DNA of 64,000 nucleotides from Eledone cirrhosa (lineage: Eukaryota). Location: assembly GCA_964016885.1 (NCBI GenBank), contig OZ024741.1, positions 376,402,001 to 376,466,000 of the forward strand. The letters are read 5' to 3'. Shown piece by piece: positions 51,491 through 64,000 of this stretch (within the stretch, counting starts at the first letter, position 1; each line of letters starts with the position of its first letter). Position numbers and translations under genes: made by a program. The notes beneath the pieces were generated by a model that did no database searches, had not been told where the DNA came from, and saw only the letters and a program-made list of their open reading frames with translations.

Positions 51491-52238
51491 TTTTTTTTAA
51501 TCTCAGGTCATGCATTGGATGATTAATTATAACGTCAAATGTAACATATTTCAGTATATTGTCTTTCTCTTTGGTCTCATACTTTAAACAACTATCTTAC
51601 ATAAGTGGGTGACAAACGAAATCTACCGCAGGTTTTATCCCTTGAGCTTTGCCTTTGGATTTCTTTAATGAGACACACACTTCTGAAAGTATACGGAATC
51701 CATCATATTCTCTAGTGTCATGACTAAATCGTAAAAATAATTGAAGTATTAATATATCAAGAACACATCACATAAATAATGTACCTTTTCTACATTATAT
51801 ACAATACAGTTATATTATAATTTGCTAACAGTACGATACCATTACGAACATACATTGACATATTTCTCCCTTAGATTAACTGCAATTATAGAATGATAAA
51901 TAACCGTATCGTAACTAAATTGTAAGAATCTAATTATATATCTATACATTAATTTAGAACATAAATGTCAATGCAATGAGTTATTGTTTTTTAATGCTCA
52001 AGTCATTTCACGTTGAAAGATCTTTCTCTCATTAGGCCAAATTGAAGAGCCAACCTATGTAAAATAAATTTTCATATATTGCTCTTTAATAGTTCATACA
52101 AACGGTAATTATTTGAAAGTTTTAGCAGAGCTAGAGAAATGAGAAGAACATATATTTCCGTCGTGCTTATCGTGGGTAATTCAATTAATTTCATCATAGA
52201 GTAAACAATTAATAATTCATCTGCCTCTTACGTAGACT

Positions 52239-52494
<256 letters not shown>

Positions 52495-53355
52495 GTGAAA
52501 AATGGAACGGGAACAAAACAGAGAGGCAGTACGAACAAAGCTTTATTAGTTTCACACTCTTGAGAGTGGGGTGGTGGTGGGGAACGACGTTTCGGGCATA
52601 AGCCCTTCTTCAGGAGAAAAGTGTGTAGGAAGAGAGTTCCAAGGGTGTGTAGGGGAGTGCGGGAGAGACATTTAGAAAAAAAGGGGTGAGAGGAAAGTGT
52701 ACAAATGAAAATAAATATAAAAGCATAATAAAAATAAAAATAAACATGAAGATAAACAAGTGATGGAAGGATGTGGGGCGTGTAGGGTGTTGGCGGGTGG
52801 AATGGGGAGCGGGTGGCGGGGATGTCCGAGCGGGGAGGGCTGAAGGTGGTGTGTGTGTGTAGGTAAACGTGTATGTGTGTGTGTGTATGTGAATGTGAGA
52901 GTTGGGGGAAGAACGGGGTTCCATGTTCAGGAAAAGGTGTGTGTGGGGTGAGGTGTAGGTCGGTGTGTGTGTGTGTGGATGGGGAGGGCTGAGAGGGATG
53001 GGGGAGGTGGGGAGAGGATTCGGGAGGCTGAGTGTGTAAATATGTGGTGGTACGCATGTGTGTGTGGTGTTTATACGTATTGTGGATGTAGGTGGCGTGT
53101 GGGAAAAAACATTTTTGTGAGTGTATGTCCGTGGGTAAGTTCCTAAGGTAGTTCCGTAGAGGGTGTGGTGGGGTGCCGGATAATTTCCTTGTGATGGAGT
53201 TGATTCGTGGGAGCGATGTCCAATGTGTGTAATCCGTGGTTGGGTTGGTCGGAAGAGGGAGATGTGGAATGCGCGCGCAACAGGAAGTAGTCAGAGGGTC
53301 ATGGCAGAAGGAGGGTTGTGTGTCTGTGTGCGCGGAGAGGTGGTCAGAGGGTCAG

Positions 53356-53358
<3 letters not shown>
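52495..53358 (-). mobile_element. PLE 3' region / pseudo-LTR between (TA)n tracts
   Basis: Hammerhead core at 52585-52614 followed by AATAAA on the minus strand; C/A-rich UTR. Confidence 0.6.
52585..52614 (-). ncRNA. Minimal PLE-type hammerhead core (stem I decayed)
   Basis: Minus strand reads C CTGAAGA AGGGC TTAT GCCC GAAA CG TC G. Confidence 0.62.
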
Positions 53359-53411
<53 letters not shown>

Positions 53412-53464
53412 CATATATATATATATTTATATATATGTATTACTACATATACATATATTTATGC

Positions 53465-53495
<31 letters not shown>

Positions 53496-53975
53496 TGTGT
53501 GAGAGTGTGTGTGTGTGTGCGTATTTGTGTGGGTATGTTTGTATATAGTTAGTTTTAGGGAACTCTTTCCAATGTATATGCATCATAAATTACTATGCAT
53601 TTCCAGCTACCTGCTGGCAGCTCTGAAATGTATTGTGTCGTCTGAGTTATTCAAGCCGAAACTTACCCTTTGGTATCCGGTAATAAAATGATAACTACCA
53701 ACGCCTTTGAATAATATAATGTAATTAAGCAAATCGTATACACACTGTTTTAATGTAGATATCACTTACCCCAACATCTATCTTTTATGTACACTTTTCC
53801 TAAATGTCTCGACTCCATCTAATATCAGCAATTGTACACACATGCTGAAAAACATGGTAAGAATTGTCTGTATCGACTTGAAACACCTGATGGCCTCGAA
53901 GTGGCTTGGGCACTTTAAGACTGGCAGATTAATACCTCCAATCAAGCCGATTTCTACCAGAGAAGAAGAGTGAGT

Positions 53976-54023
<48 letters not shown>

Positions 54024-54034
54024 TATACAAAAAG

Positions 54035-54190
54035 ATAGATCACGGTATTGGACTGGTAATTTGTTCTAGACCTTGAAGGAATGAAGGGCAAAATCAACTT
54101 CGGTGTGATTTGAAACGAAAGAGCGCAGAGAGCAGGAATACATACCAAAACACATATTCTATTCGATGTTCTGAAGTCTCAGAAAATTCA
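54035..54190 (-). mobile_element. SINE family 1-related, old copy
   Basis: Contains gactggtaatttgttctagaccttgaaggaatgaagggcaaaatcaacttcgg..atttgaa. Confidence 0.55.
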
Positions 54191-56599
54191 ACGCATTCTT
54201 TTAATTATCACAGCTTAATAAATTGAAGTAAAATTTGAGCTAGCCATGCTGATTGAATTGATAACAATCCGGAAGCATTTGCATCAGGGACCTTGTTTTA
54301 ACACCGATTATAAACAAGAAACACAATTGACTTATTGAAAATATAGAAAATTGTTGTATATCATAACAGCGCTCATCACATGAATAATTCAATACTAAAA
54401 CACAGTTAAATGGGGAACATTTGGTATCTTTATGCTGAATATTCCTGGCGCCAGATTCAATCTGAAATCTAGCAAAGCAATACGATTGCTTAAAATATCA
54501 GAAATTAATAATCATAAAATCTCAACTAGCAAATGTCACGATGAGAAAATCACCCACCTCAATCTATCATTCGCAGCAACACAGTATCCGGTAAACAACG
54601 AACAAAAGACAAAAAAGCAACAAAAAAGCCCCCCCCCCCCCCCCACAGCTGCAGCCTGTAAGTTGACCCACCACATAAATTAAAGTACTACCTCTGGTTT
54701 ACTGACTATAGAGGAAAATGATCGTTCAATACTACAATTGAAGCCCATCATTCCTGCCCCAATCCTATCCAATCCAATCCAGAGCCTTCACAATCATGTT
54801 GGAAGAACCCCACGCTGCTTGACCTTCTCTACTTTCTGTTTGGTTTAGGTCATATCAAGGTTGTAGTTGTACTCACAACACATGGCAAATTGCTGGTTGG
54901 TGAAACTATTAAACCTATAGTTGACTCTGAGGAGTTCATTCGCTCTTTTAACAAATCAGAACACATAAATAAAATTCATCACCTCAGCTAGGGCTTCAGT
55001 TTCACACACCTAATTGAGATATCCGATTGGTTTGTAAATATAAAACAAATATATAAAAGATGATAAACAAAACTAGCTTACTAGTTAGACACAATATATT
55101 GATTCTTAGCTACAATTTCATGTTACATCTATTCACCTCAGGTAATAACGTTCTGGCTCACCCACCCAATCTAATTTATTCTACAAAGGGATTCACTGTT
55201 GCTAGAACTAAATATCAACCACAACAATCTCCACTCTCTTCTGCTGACTAAACTATATATATATTGACAATAATATTTGTGTTGCTTATTTTCATGAAAG
55301 TTTGCCATTAGCGACAACTCAGTGACTAAACATTTCCATGTAAAAGCTACGGCTCAGTGAGGTAATATATCAATTTAGCGCCCACAGGCATATGCTTTGT
55401 ATCCGATCTGCAGTGTTTTGCTGAGTGAAAACATTTAAACATTCTTTTTTGTAACACAGTTTGAAATAACTTAAGCATAACATGAAGTGAAATCGTTTAG
55501 TTCCACGTCAGCCACGATCATCCAGATATATAATCCCAAACATTTCAGCCGGTCTCAGTCTGTTTGCTTTTTCGGTTATTCTACGTCGACTACATTACGA
55601 AATATGTCTATCCAAGAGAGGTGTGAAAGAACGGGTTTGATGAGCTAATATTTCTATTTGCTCTAGTGATCACGGAGAATCCACTCAAAATACATCCATT
55701 TGAAATACATCCACGTGAAATATTTCTGTAGTCTATATATATTACGTAAAATCTTCAACTTCTAACCATCCTTTCAATTCGTCATAAAACATTCATTATT
55801 CACGCAATGAAACAGAGATAAACGGATAGAAAGTTATATAAACAATAATGAGCGCTGAATGTTAAAGATTTGATCGTCAAATAGTGATTATAAAAGCTGA
55901 ATTAAATTACAAAATAATTGTAATTATACATAAAATATTACGATTAAAGAACAAATGATAAATGAGCAATAAACAGATTTTTTTTCCAGGAAACGTGGTG
56001 GTAGTACAAACATTTGGTAAAAGTTATATGATCTACTTGAATTAAAAGTCTATGATATACGGTGAGTGTTATTTTAGTTCTCATTATACGGGAATTAATA
56101 TTAATTATTGAAGAATTTGTACAAGCGTTTTTCATCGTGTTCGTGATATTATTCATAGCAAGAAGTTAAAAATAAAATCATGTTAGAATAGTTAGCGGAT
56201 TGAAATTATACACAAGCATACACAAATACATTCGTGCATACATACATTCGCACATACAAACAAACCTACGTGTATGTGTATATATATATATTTATATATA
56301 TAAATATGTGTATATATATATGTATATATATATATATATATATAAATATATAGTAATAATAATAAAATTGAAGACTAAAATCCAAAGAGGGCTCGATAAG
56401 GAAAATATATATCCAATATATATGAACCGTAGAGCAAATATTTATTAAAATAACAGATTAAACTTTAAGCAAAGAATCGCTGCTTTCAACCTTAACGGGA
56501 TCTTCTGAAACTAACAAATTCAATCTGTAAACGCAGAACTGGATATTTCAAAAAACGTTGCAACCGGAGGAAGACAGGAAGACGATACTTTGGTTCGTG

Positions 56600-56873
56600 G
56601 AAACGTTCGCTGGCAAAGACCGGGAAAAAACGAATACTACGTCATTAATAGGAGCGGTGAAAAACAATTACGCGCAAAGACAGAACCACGTTTATGGTAT
56701 AAAAGAGGTCGTAGACTAATGTTCTCTTAGGTGGTGCATAGAGACGTTCTCTGGCAATGAACGAAAAAACGAAGATAATAAGACATATGTGGAGCGTGGA
56801 GAACAATAGCACGCAAAGACAAAACCACGTAAATGCTATAGCAGAAGTTGTAGACTAAAATTCTAACTAGGAG
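56600..56873. repeat. Diverged tandem duplication, period about 141 bp
   Basis: ga.acgttc.ctggcaa..., cgcaaagaca.aaccacgt and gtagactaa..ttct each occur twice, from 56600 and 56741. Confidence 0.75.
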
Positions 56874-57552
56874 ACCAAATGAATCTCCGCTACAGAGTTA
56901 AGAACAAAGTAAATAAATACAATACAGAAGTAATAGAAACAAATAAATACATACACGCAAACAGATACGTACTTACACAAGCATACGCAAAACCTTACCA
57001 TAGGTATACAAAACCACGCACATATAAATATGCGTGTGTGTGTATGCTTGTGTACAAATAAATAAATAATTATATAAACGTATATAAGTAAATAAATACG
57101 TATATAACAAACGCACACACATACCTACAAATAAATACACGAATGTTCGGAGACGTAAGTCAACTAAAACAAGAAGTACACATATACACACACCCACCAT
57201 ACGTACGAACCTGCATACTCACGCAGACGCTAAACTCCCGTATACACATAGCCAAACCCTAAATACCAGAATATGTAAAAATTATACGCCATAACAGTCA
57301 AATATACGTACGAGAAGGTATGCATACCTTCAGAAAACATACGGGTAATATATACTTACCTATGCAAATAAGTAAAGGAATAAACAAAACATATACTTAG
57401 CTGCCATATCTAGACGTAAAATATCCACGTATAGATCGTGCTATCCGTTAGGGTATAACGTGGGGCTGTAATACAGGAAAGTTTTGTGCAATTTATGTTT
57501 ACAAGCCGAAAATTCCGGCACATGTATGCGTCTGCCTGAATACACACACACA

Positions 57553-57621
<69 letters not shown>

Positions 57622-57626
<5 letters not shown>

Positions 57627-58897
57627 ATACTTTGGGAGGGTCATGTTGCCAATAAGAAACACACGCACCAGTTGCTTTCACTTCAATTTATTATATATTT
57701 ATAAATTTATAAATTTACAAATTTACAAACTTATAAATTTCTGGTTGGTTGATAGCAATAAATACCAGAGTGTAATGCTCATCAATACAACCTCAATACA
57801 ACCCCTAGAGGCGAACTAGCCTACACATTTAGAAGGGCCCTAAATAAACATAATCTCAATATTAATATAGTAGAAAGACCAGGTACCTCCGTAAACACAC
57901 TTATTAGCAAGACATACCCGTTCCAAAGACCCTCATGTATAGATAAGAAATGTATAACCTGTAAAATAAGCCCCCATATTAACTGTAAAACTAGAAATGT
58001 AGTGTACATAGGTGAGACATAAGATGTACAGAAGGACAATGTAGAAACAAAAATATAGTGTACATAGGTGAGACAGCTCGTAGTATAGGGGAACGAATAA
58101 ATGAACACTGGCGAGACCTCCAAGATAATAAAGAATCATCTGTGCTCTACCAACATGCTAAGATAGAACACAGGGGTAGATTAGAGAACATAGAAATAAA
58201 AATAGAATCCACACACAGAAAAGACGCAATGTTTAGGCAAATTACAGAGGCAGTAAGCATAAAAGAATTAAAACCAAAATTAAATAGAAAATATGAGTGG
58301 AACAGCAACATCACAACTTACAATTAAGGACAAAATGCAAACACACACAGGACAAAATGAAAACACACACACACATAGAACAAACAACTTACAATTAAGG
58401 ACAAAATGAAAACACACACAGGACAAAATGAAAACACACACACACATAGAACAAACAACCAACCAACAATAAATAAATAAAATAAATAAAAAATAGATAA
58501 ATGAACACAAACACACACAGACACCCGGATGTGGCGCATGCGCAAACTGAGCACACAACACACACACAGAAACAAAATGGCGTAGGATAGAAGAAGGGAA
58601 AGGCACAGAAACAAAGGAAAGGAATCCCCAGTCACTGAAGAGGTCACAGAGCGTGTGACGAAAGGACTATGACTATATATAAACAACTATCTGGTTGTGG
58701 AACCAACCAACCAACCAGAAATTTATAAGTTTGTAAATTTGTAAATTTATAACTTTATAAATATATAATAAATTGAAGTGAAAGCTACTGGTGCGTGTGT
58801 TTCTTATTGGCAACATCACCCTCCCAAAGTATAACAAAATCGGTTTCAACACACGATTTCAGATAAAGAATCTTGCTAAACAAATTCAGAAACGAAA
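57622..58897 (+). mobile_element. 5'-truncated Penelope-like element (Neptune-like, Cys-rich linker plus GIY-YIG) with inverted pseudo-LTR
   Basis: NIVERPGTSV..YPFQRPSCIDKKCITC..NCKTRNVVY..C..C..VYIGETARSIGERINEH..RQITEAVSI..LNRKYEW (ORF 58058-58327). 130-bp inverted repeat at 57622-57751 and 58708-58837. (TA)n on both sides. Confidence 0.9.
58630..58674 (+). ncRNA. Minimal type I hammerhead motif in the PLE pseudo-LTR
   Basis: AGTCA CTGAAGA G GTCACA GAGCG TGTGAC GAAA GGAC TA TGACT. Confidence 0.75.
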
Positions 58898-58979
58898 TAT
58901 ATATATATATATATATATATATATTCTCAGCCCCAGAGAATATATGAGAATGAATATATGAGAATATATGAGAATATAT

Positions 58980-59647
58980 GAGAATGAAGGAGACTAAAAC
59001 AAAATATCTGGTAGAGAATGTTGAGAAGCCAGAGGGGATCACTAATGTAGGCGGGAAACCGCTAGAATTGGTTGAGGGCTTCCTGTATTTGGGAGCAAAG
59101 ATTGGGAATACGGAAGATGATGTGGTTGAGAGGAAGAGCAAGGCCTGGGCGGCGTGCCACAGTTTGAGATCGGTGTGGAAGTCAGATCTTCGTAGAGACC
59201 TGAAAGTCCGCCTCTTCATAGTTGTAGCGGAGTCTGTGCTGCTGTATGCGTCTGAGACTTGGACACTGACCAAGAAACTCACTCAGATGGTGGATGGGTG
59301 CTACACGAGAATGCTGAGGATGGCTCTGAACATTAATCAGTATACACTGAGGATGAAAAAACTCAGAGCTGTATGGGAGCATCCCAAAAGTCAGCTCAAA
59401 AGTGACACAGAGGAGACTGAGGTTAGCTGGACATGCTAAACCGACATCCAGAGTTGACATTGCACTCAGTGCTCCTTTGGGAGCCCCTACATGGACACAC
59501 TAGAAGAGGAAAACCAAGGTTAACGTATGTTGATGCCCTAAGGACAGACACTAGTCTATTGGGGACGCAGGACATGGCAGCGATAATGAGGGACAGAGAC
59601 CGCTGGAGAGAACTCGTCCATGGATCTCGGGAATTTTACCCGCCTTA
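58980..59647 (+). mobile_element. 5'-truncated RTE-like LINE in (TA)n
   Basis: FLYLG, AWAACHSL..VWKS, ESVLLYASETW, DGCYTRMLR, LLWEP.HG..RRGKP..TYVD; a frameshift near 59355. Confidence 0.85.
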
Positions 59648-59687
59648 GAATATATATATATATATATATACATATATATGTATATAT

Positions 59688-59820
<133 letters not shown>

Positions 59821-60374
59821 ATTCAGGCAGACGCATACATGTGCCGGAATTGTGTAAATTGTACAATCAATTCATATTATTGGTTTATAAATGTGTTACC
59901 TTTAATTTAAGTAGAATTGGAAACCACATGCGAGTACCCAACCGCAAATACTTTTAATAACATTAAAGAATAGCACTTTTAAGAATACTGAATTATATGC
60001 GCTATCAAAATGCTTCCTCGTGGTCGATTCTTCCGCTAGAAACCGTCAGTAATTCGTTCTCTATACCCCATACGACCTTATTGATTTATGCATGCTTCAT
60101 CTCAATACACAATATATAATTCAATAATTTGTTATATAACATCACACCTCAGTTACGTATATTACTTGCCAATATATTAAATACTGATGAAACATTTCTT
60201 AAGGGCATTAGCAATGTATTTCAATAGTAGTTACAATTCTGCTTATTAAAATAATGAAAATTATAGCGAATCATCTACAAATAAGTGTTGAAGTTTATTC
60301 ATCTCTACGGGAATACACACTCAGTAATGTATATATCAATGTATATAATGTATATATCAAAATGTGAATGCGCA

Positions 60375-60512
60375 TTGTTTAGTGTTTAGGGCGTTTGGCC
60401 CATAATAGTAAAGTCATGAGTTCAATTCCTGGGAGCTCGATGTGTTCTATGGGCGAGACACTTTCTTCTACGTGGCATCAGCCGACTCAGCCGGAAAAAT
60501 GTGTTATATCTT
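60375..60512 (+). mobile_element. SINE family 2-like tRNA head and central part
   Basis: B box GAGTTCAATTCC; tgtgttct.tgggc.agacac and actcagc resemble 51280-51340. Confidence 0.55.
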
Positions 60513-60521
60513 TACTGTAAA

Positions 60522-61815
60522 GGTCGCAGGTGGCGGGTGGCGATACGGCCACCAGATATGACGGCTAGTTCCGATACAAGCGAGTAACTAGGTGATGTAT
60601 AAGCAGCCCCTGACCAACTGTGGTTAACTACTAGGGGAGATGGAGTAATGGGTGACATCTGTAGCACACAGGAAAACTCTGACAACCCAGTGGCATAGCT
60701 ACGATGAGGCGAGTAAAGACCACCTCTGAAAAAAACCCAGTTTTCCAGGTTTGTAAAAGTACAAAATTGGTCAGTGGCGCGAATAAGACCAATGAAACTG
60801 AAACTGCAATATGATGAGGAAAAAAAGAACCTTACCGCCTCGTCCTTCGCGTAGATTAACAAGGGACGGGTTCAGGCCTTAGGTAGAGCGGCTTGTTCGA
60901 AAAATACATTGCAATTTCTATTTAATGTCACGAAAACTGGCGATGGACCTACATCCTGCCCAGGGAAGCGTAAGATAGATGCACAATGATGGCGTATCCT
61001 GACAGCACATAGGGGGTTCGGAAGCGTGCAAACGTTGACAATCGGAAGCTGGAACATCACAGCACTTACAGGTAAAGAGCAGGTACTAGTGGAGGATGTT
61101 ACGGGTTTGAAAGTGTCGGGGTCTCCTCAACTAATTTCCGTGGTTCTGATACTGTAGATATGAATAGAGAATGGAAACTCTACTATTCAGGTGTGGTGCC
61201 AGAAATCACTGCATGGTCGGGAGTTGGGATACTCTCACGCCCCCCGATTTCTGAATATGCCATGGACTGTATCTTATTAGGAGGGAGGATTTGCTTCACG
61301 AAGCTTAGGCTATGTGTGTGGTGCAAGTTTATGCGATCTACAGGATAAAATAGGAAGAAATGGTGATTAAGTAAGGATCATGTATGCAGATACTATTGAG
61401 AGAACTCCCTGGCAAACTGAGGATGTTGAGACAGAGTGGCATTTGTTCAGCACAGCAGTTTCTGATTCAGCTATTAAATGCTCTCGGCAAAAGAGGCTTG
61501 GTGTGACGCCTGGTGGCAGAGGAACCTCTTGGATCAATCAAGAGGACAAAGATACCATCCGGGCAAAGAATGAGACTTACAAAGCTTGGCTTATAAATAG
61601 GTCTTTTTTCTTGCATTTGCCGTACAAACAGGTACGAAGAATCGCAGCAGAGACTGTAAAGGCGTCGAAAGTTAAGACTTGGGAAGACATTGGGGTTAAG
61701 CTGGAATCCGACTTCAGATCAGCACATAAAGTGTTCTAGCATACTAAACGCCGACTTCGTAATAAGAAGGCGTCCTTCACATCTGCTATAAAGAACACGT
61801 CTGGGGTTCTCCGCT
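60522..61815 (+). pseudogene. RTE (Expander-like) 5' UTR and APE fragment, related to 16575-19747
   Basis: ggtcgcaggtg.cgg.t.gcgatac..ccacc.gata is shared with 16575. Also IGSWNITALTGKE, WKLYYSGV and KLESDFRSAHKVF. Confidence 0.78.
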
Positions 61816-64000
61816 CTTCATGCAAAACGACGCAGCTGAAGACCCAGCAAGATGTTTGAAACTCAAAGCAAAATGTTTGAAACTTTATTATGCTGAATAT
61901 TTTAAGAAATATTTTAAGGAAATATTTGTTAGCGGAATGCGAAGCCAACTCCGCGTTAGTTTTATTCACAGCTGTTCTCCTGTTTACACAAATTAAACAA
62001 TTGTCACCGTAAATGTTATAGATCCGCCACAACCACACATATAATGTCTCAATGTGTGGTGCGTACTTCATCTGGAGAAATCAATCACACCAGGAAACCT
62101 AAATAAAAATCAGATGGAAATATTCCATACTCGCTGCTCTTCAGTTTACACTGAATGTCTTCCTCACTTCACATGAAGTTACTTATAATTAGTATTTGAA
62201 ACTAAACAATCTCTCAAAGTTATCAAATAGAATATACGTCATTAGAAGGCAAACATTTTCGGTTACTTGTAACGTTTTCCAGTTACTCGGGCCAACTCAA
62301 AAGAGTGTTACTATCCTGAGCACAAAGTATTTATAGTCAGAGAACCATGGGCAATTAAACATGAGATTTAAAATTGTATAGAACATACACTACAAAATAC
62401 GGTAGTAATATATTTGCTCTGAATCAAAATAATATACCTCGCGTATATGAGCAGACCATATCTTATATAATAAACCTCAGCAAACATATCGTTCTCTTTT
62501 GGATGTTATAGCATTGTGTCACGTATTGTATTTACTTCGAGGTAATGAAATGGAATAATAAATAATGGCAACCCTCTGTGCGTTTAACTTTTCAAACATG
62601 AATCATGCACGATGGTTCACAGTGGTGAGCTGGTGTCAGATATAACAAGGAAAAATGGTTACTGATCATACCTTGTCCGTCCTCCTTAATCACTTCTTCT
62701 ATAGATTACATCTGCAGGGAATGTATTCAATTTCAGATAACTTTCCTTAACATATGGAATATATATCCATATAAAAAATTAGAAAATTACAGTTTCGTTT
62801 CAACCGAAAATTTAGAGATTAATCCGTGAGGAAACACTTTAAATGAATATAAATGCATACTGAAAATAAATCCTAAATGTTTATCTTAGTTTTCAAGTTT
62901 GTATGGGTCGGAGTGTACTTTATGAAGGCATTCTTAAAAATCATAGTATATTCTATTTCTGGATAATTTATAAACTGAAATAATTCAGCATCACCTATAC
63001 AGTGTCGCATGTAGTAAACTTTATGAAATGCCAGGTGTAGGATATAGTTAATGTGTCAGTTATTCTACCGAGGAAAATTCAACGTTTCCCTTGTTTAAGA
63101 GTAATGCAGGATATATGGTGTATTACTCTGTTGCCACAGTTGGCACATATCCCTGGCAATATTCTACTATAAAATAAAATATTGATTTTTAGGGTCTATG
63201 AACGACGAGAATGTAAAAACTGTCATCGTTTGCAAGACTGCTAATAAAAACGGTTCTTGTATAAATTAACTATCGTAATTATTTGTACGTAATCTTACTT
63301 AAAAGATGACGTTGGAGCGTCGGTTAAAATCGGATAAACTTCGTACTATATTTATTCAGGTTGTCTGCGCTCTGGCAAAGACACATGCCGGTGAATTGCC
63401 TTTCATGATTAAGGTGCATATAAATAGACTAGCAGGTAAGTACCGGGCTGGATTTTCCTCCCTTTCTATTCTCTCCCACCCTTCCTTCCATCTCACACCC
63501 TCTTTCTTCTTATTTCTCTCACCCCCTCAGATTTTTGCTCACTTTCTCTCTTGCTATGATAACGATCCTTGCAGACCACCCGTAGACTTCAGTACTAATC
63601 TATAATTTACTTTCCATTTAGTTTATAACATATACCAGAAAACATTTATTCTTCCTATAACTATAAATTGGACAAACGTACAAAAAAAAGAAAGCAGTAT
63701 TGAAGAGGATTATGAATGCCATAAATAAGAGAAAAGGGAGGAAAAGAGAAAGGACTATTAAGCAAAGAAAAAATGTAAGGGAGGGGATATACTCTACACC
63801 AAGGCATTGCTAAAAATATTGTACATTATGCATAGATACATGCATTTTGCCCCCATGTACGATATAATCAATGGCTACAAGTTATTTTTTTATTATATAT
63901 GTGTATGGAACTGTTGTGATATTGATGTGAGTAATCAAACCGTAATTGTTTGGAAGTTGGTAAAATTATATTTATATTATAAATTGATCCTTTTCATCAC

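Noticed and set aside
58314-58457. Regularly spaced direct repeats of about 71 bp (CRISPR-like appearance)
   Set aside because: A simple tandem duplication in a PLE 3' UTR with no unique spacers, in a eukaryotic context.
63360-63435. Exon-like segment, ttcag|...cag|gtaagt
   Set aside because: It lies within what looks like a decayed SINE (ttgcctttcat...aagtaccggg), and there are no partner exons or protein similarity.

Overview
AT-rich, microsatellite-dense animal DNA. A cephalopod such as octopus is likely, inferred only from repeat composition. I found no recognisable host gene; nearly all identifiable content is retrotransposon-derived. (i) From 16.6 to 40.7 kb there is a nested stack of non-LTR retrotransposons inside (AAT)n/(ATT)n tracts: a decayed RTE, two R4/Dong-like families with restriction-like endonucleases (5 recent copies), and two head-to-tail Tx1-like LINEs. 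One Tx1 copy (33149-39065) has both ORFs intact. (ii) A tRNA-derived SINE has target-site duplications that begin at ATTA and shares a 3' YTTGT-loop hairpin with the Tx1 elements. (iii) Both Tx1 copies carry a candidate 52-54 nt mini-intron that would fuse ORF1 to ORF2 in frame. (iv) Penelope-like (PLE) pieces sit in (TA)n tracts with inverted pseudo-LTRs and several minimal type I hammerhead ribozyme motifs, including a non-coding 539-nt unit. (v) There are also RTE pseudogenes (one with three C-terminal zinc fingers), a mariner remnant and old Dong/PLE remnants. Boundaries of decayed elements are approximate. All family assignments come from motif recognition by eye, not database searches.
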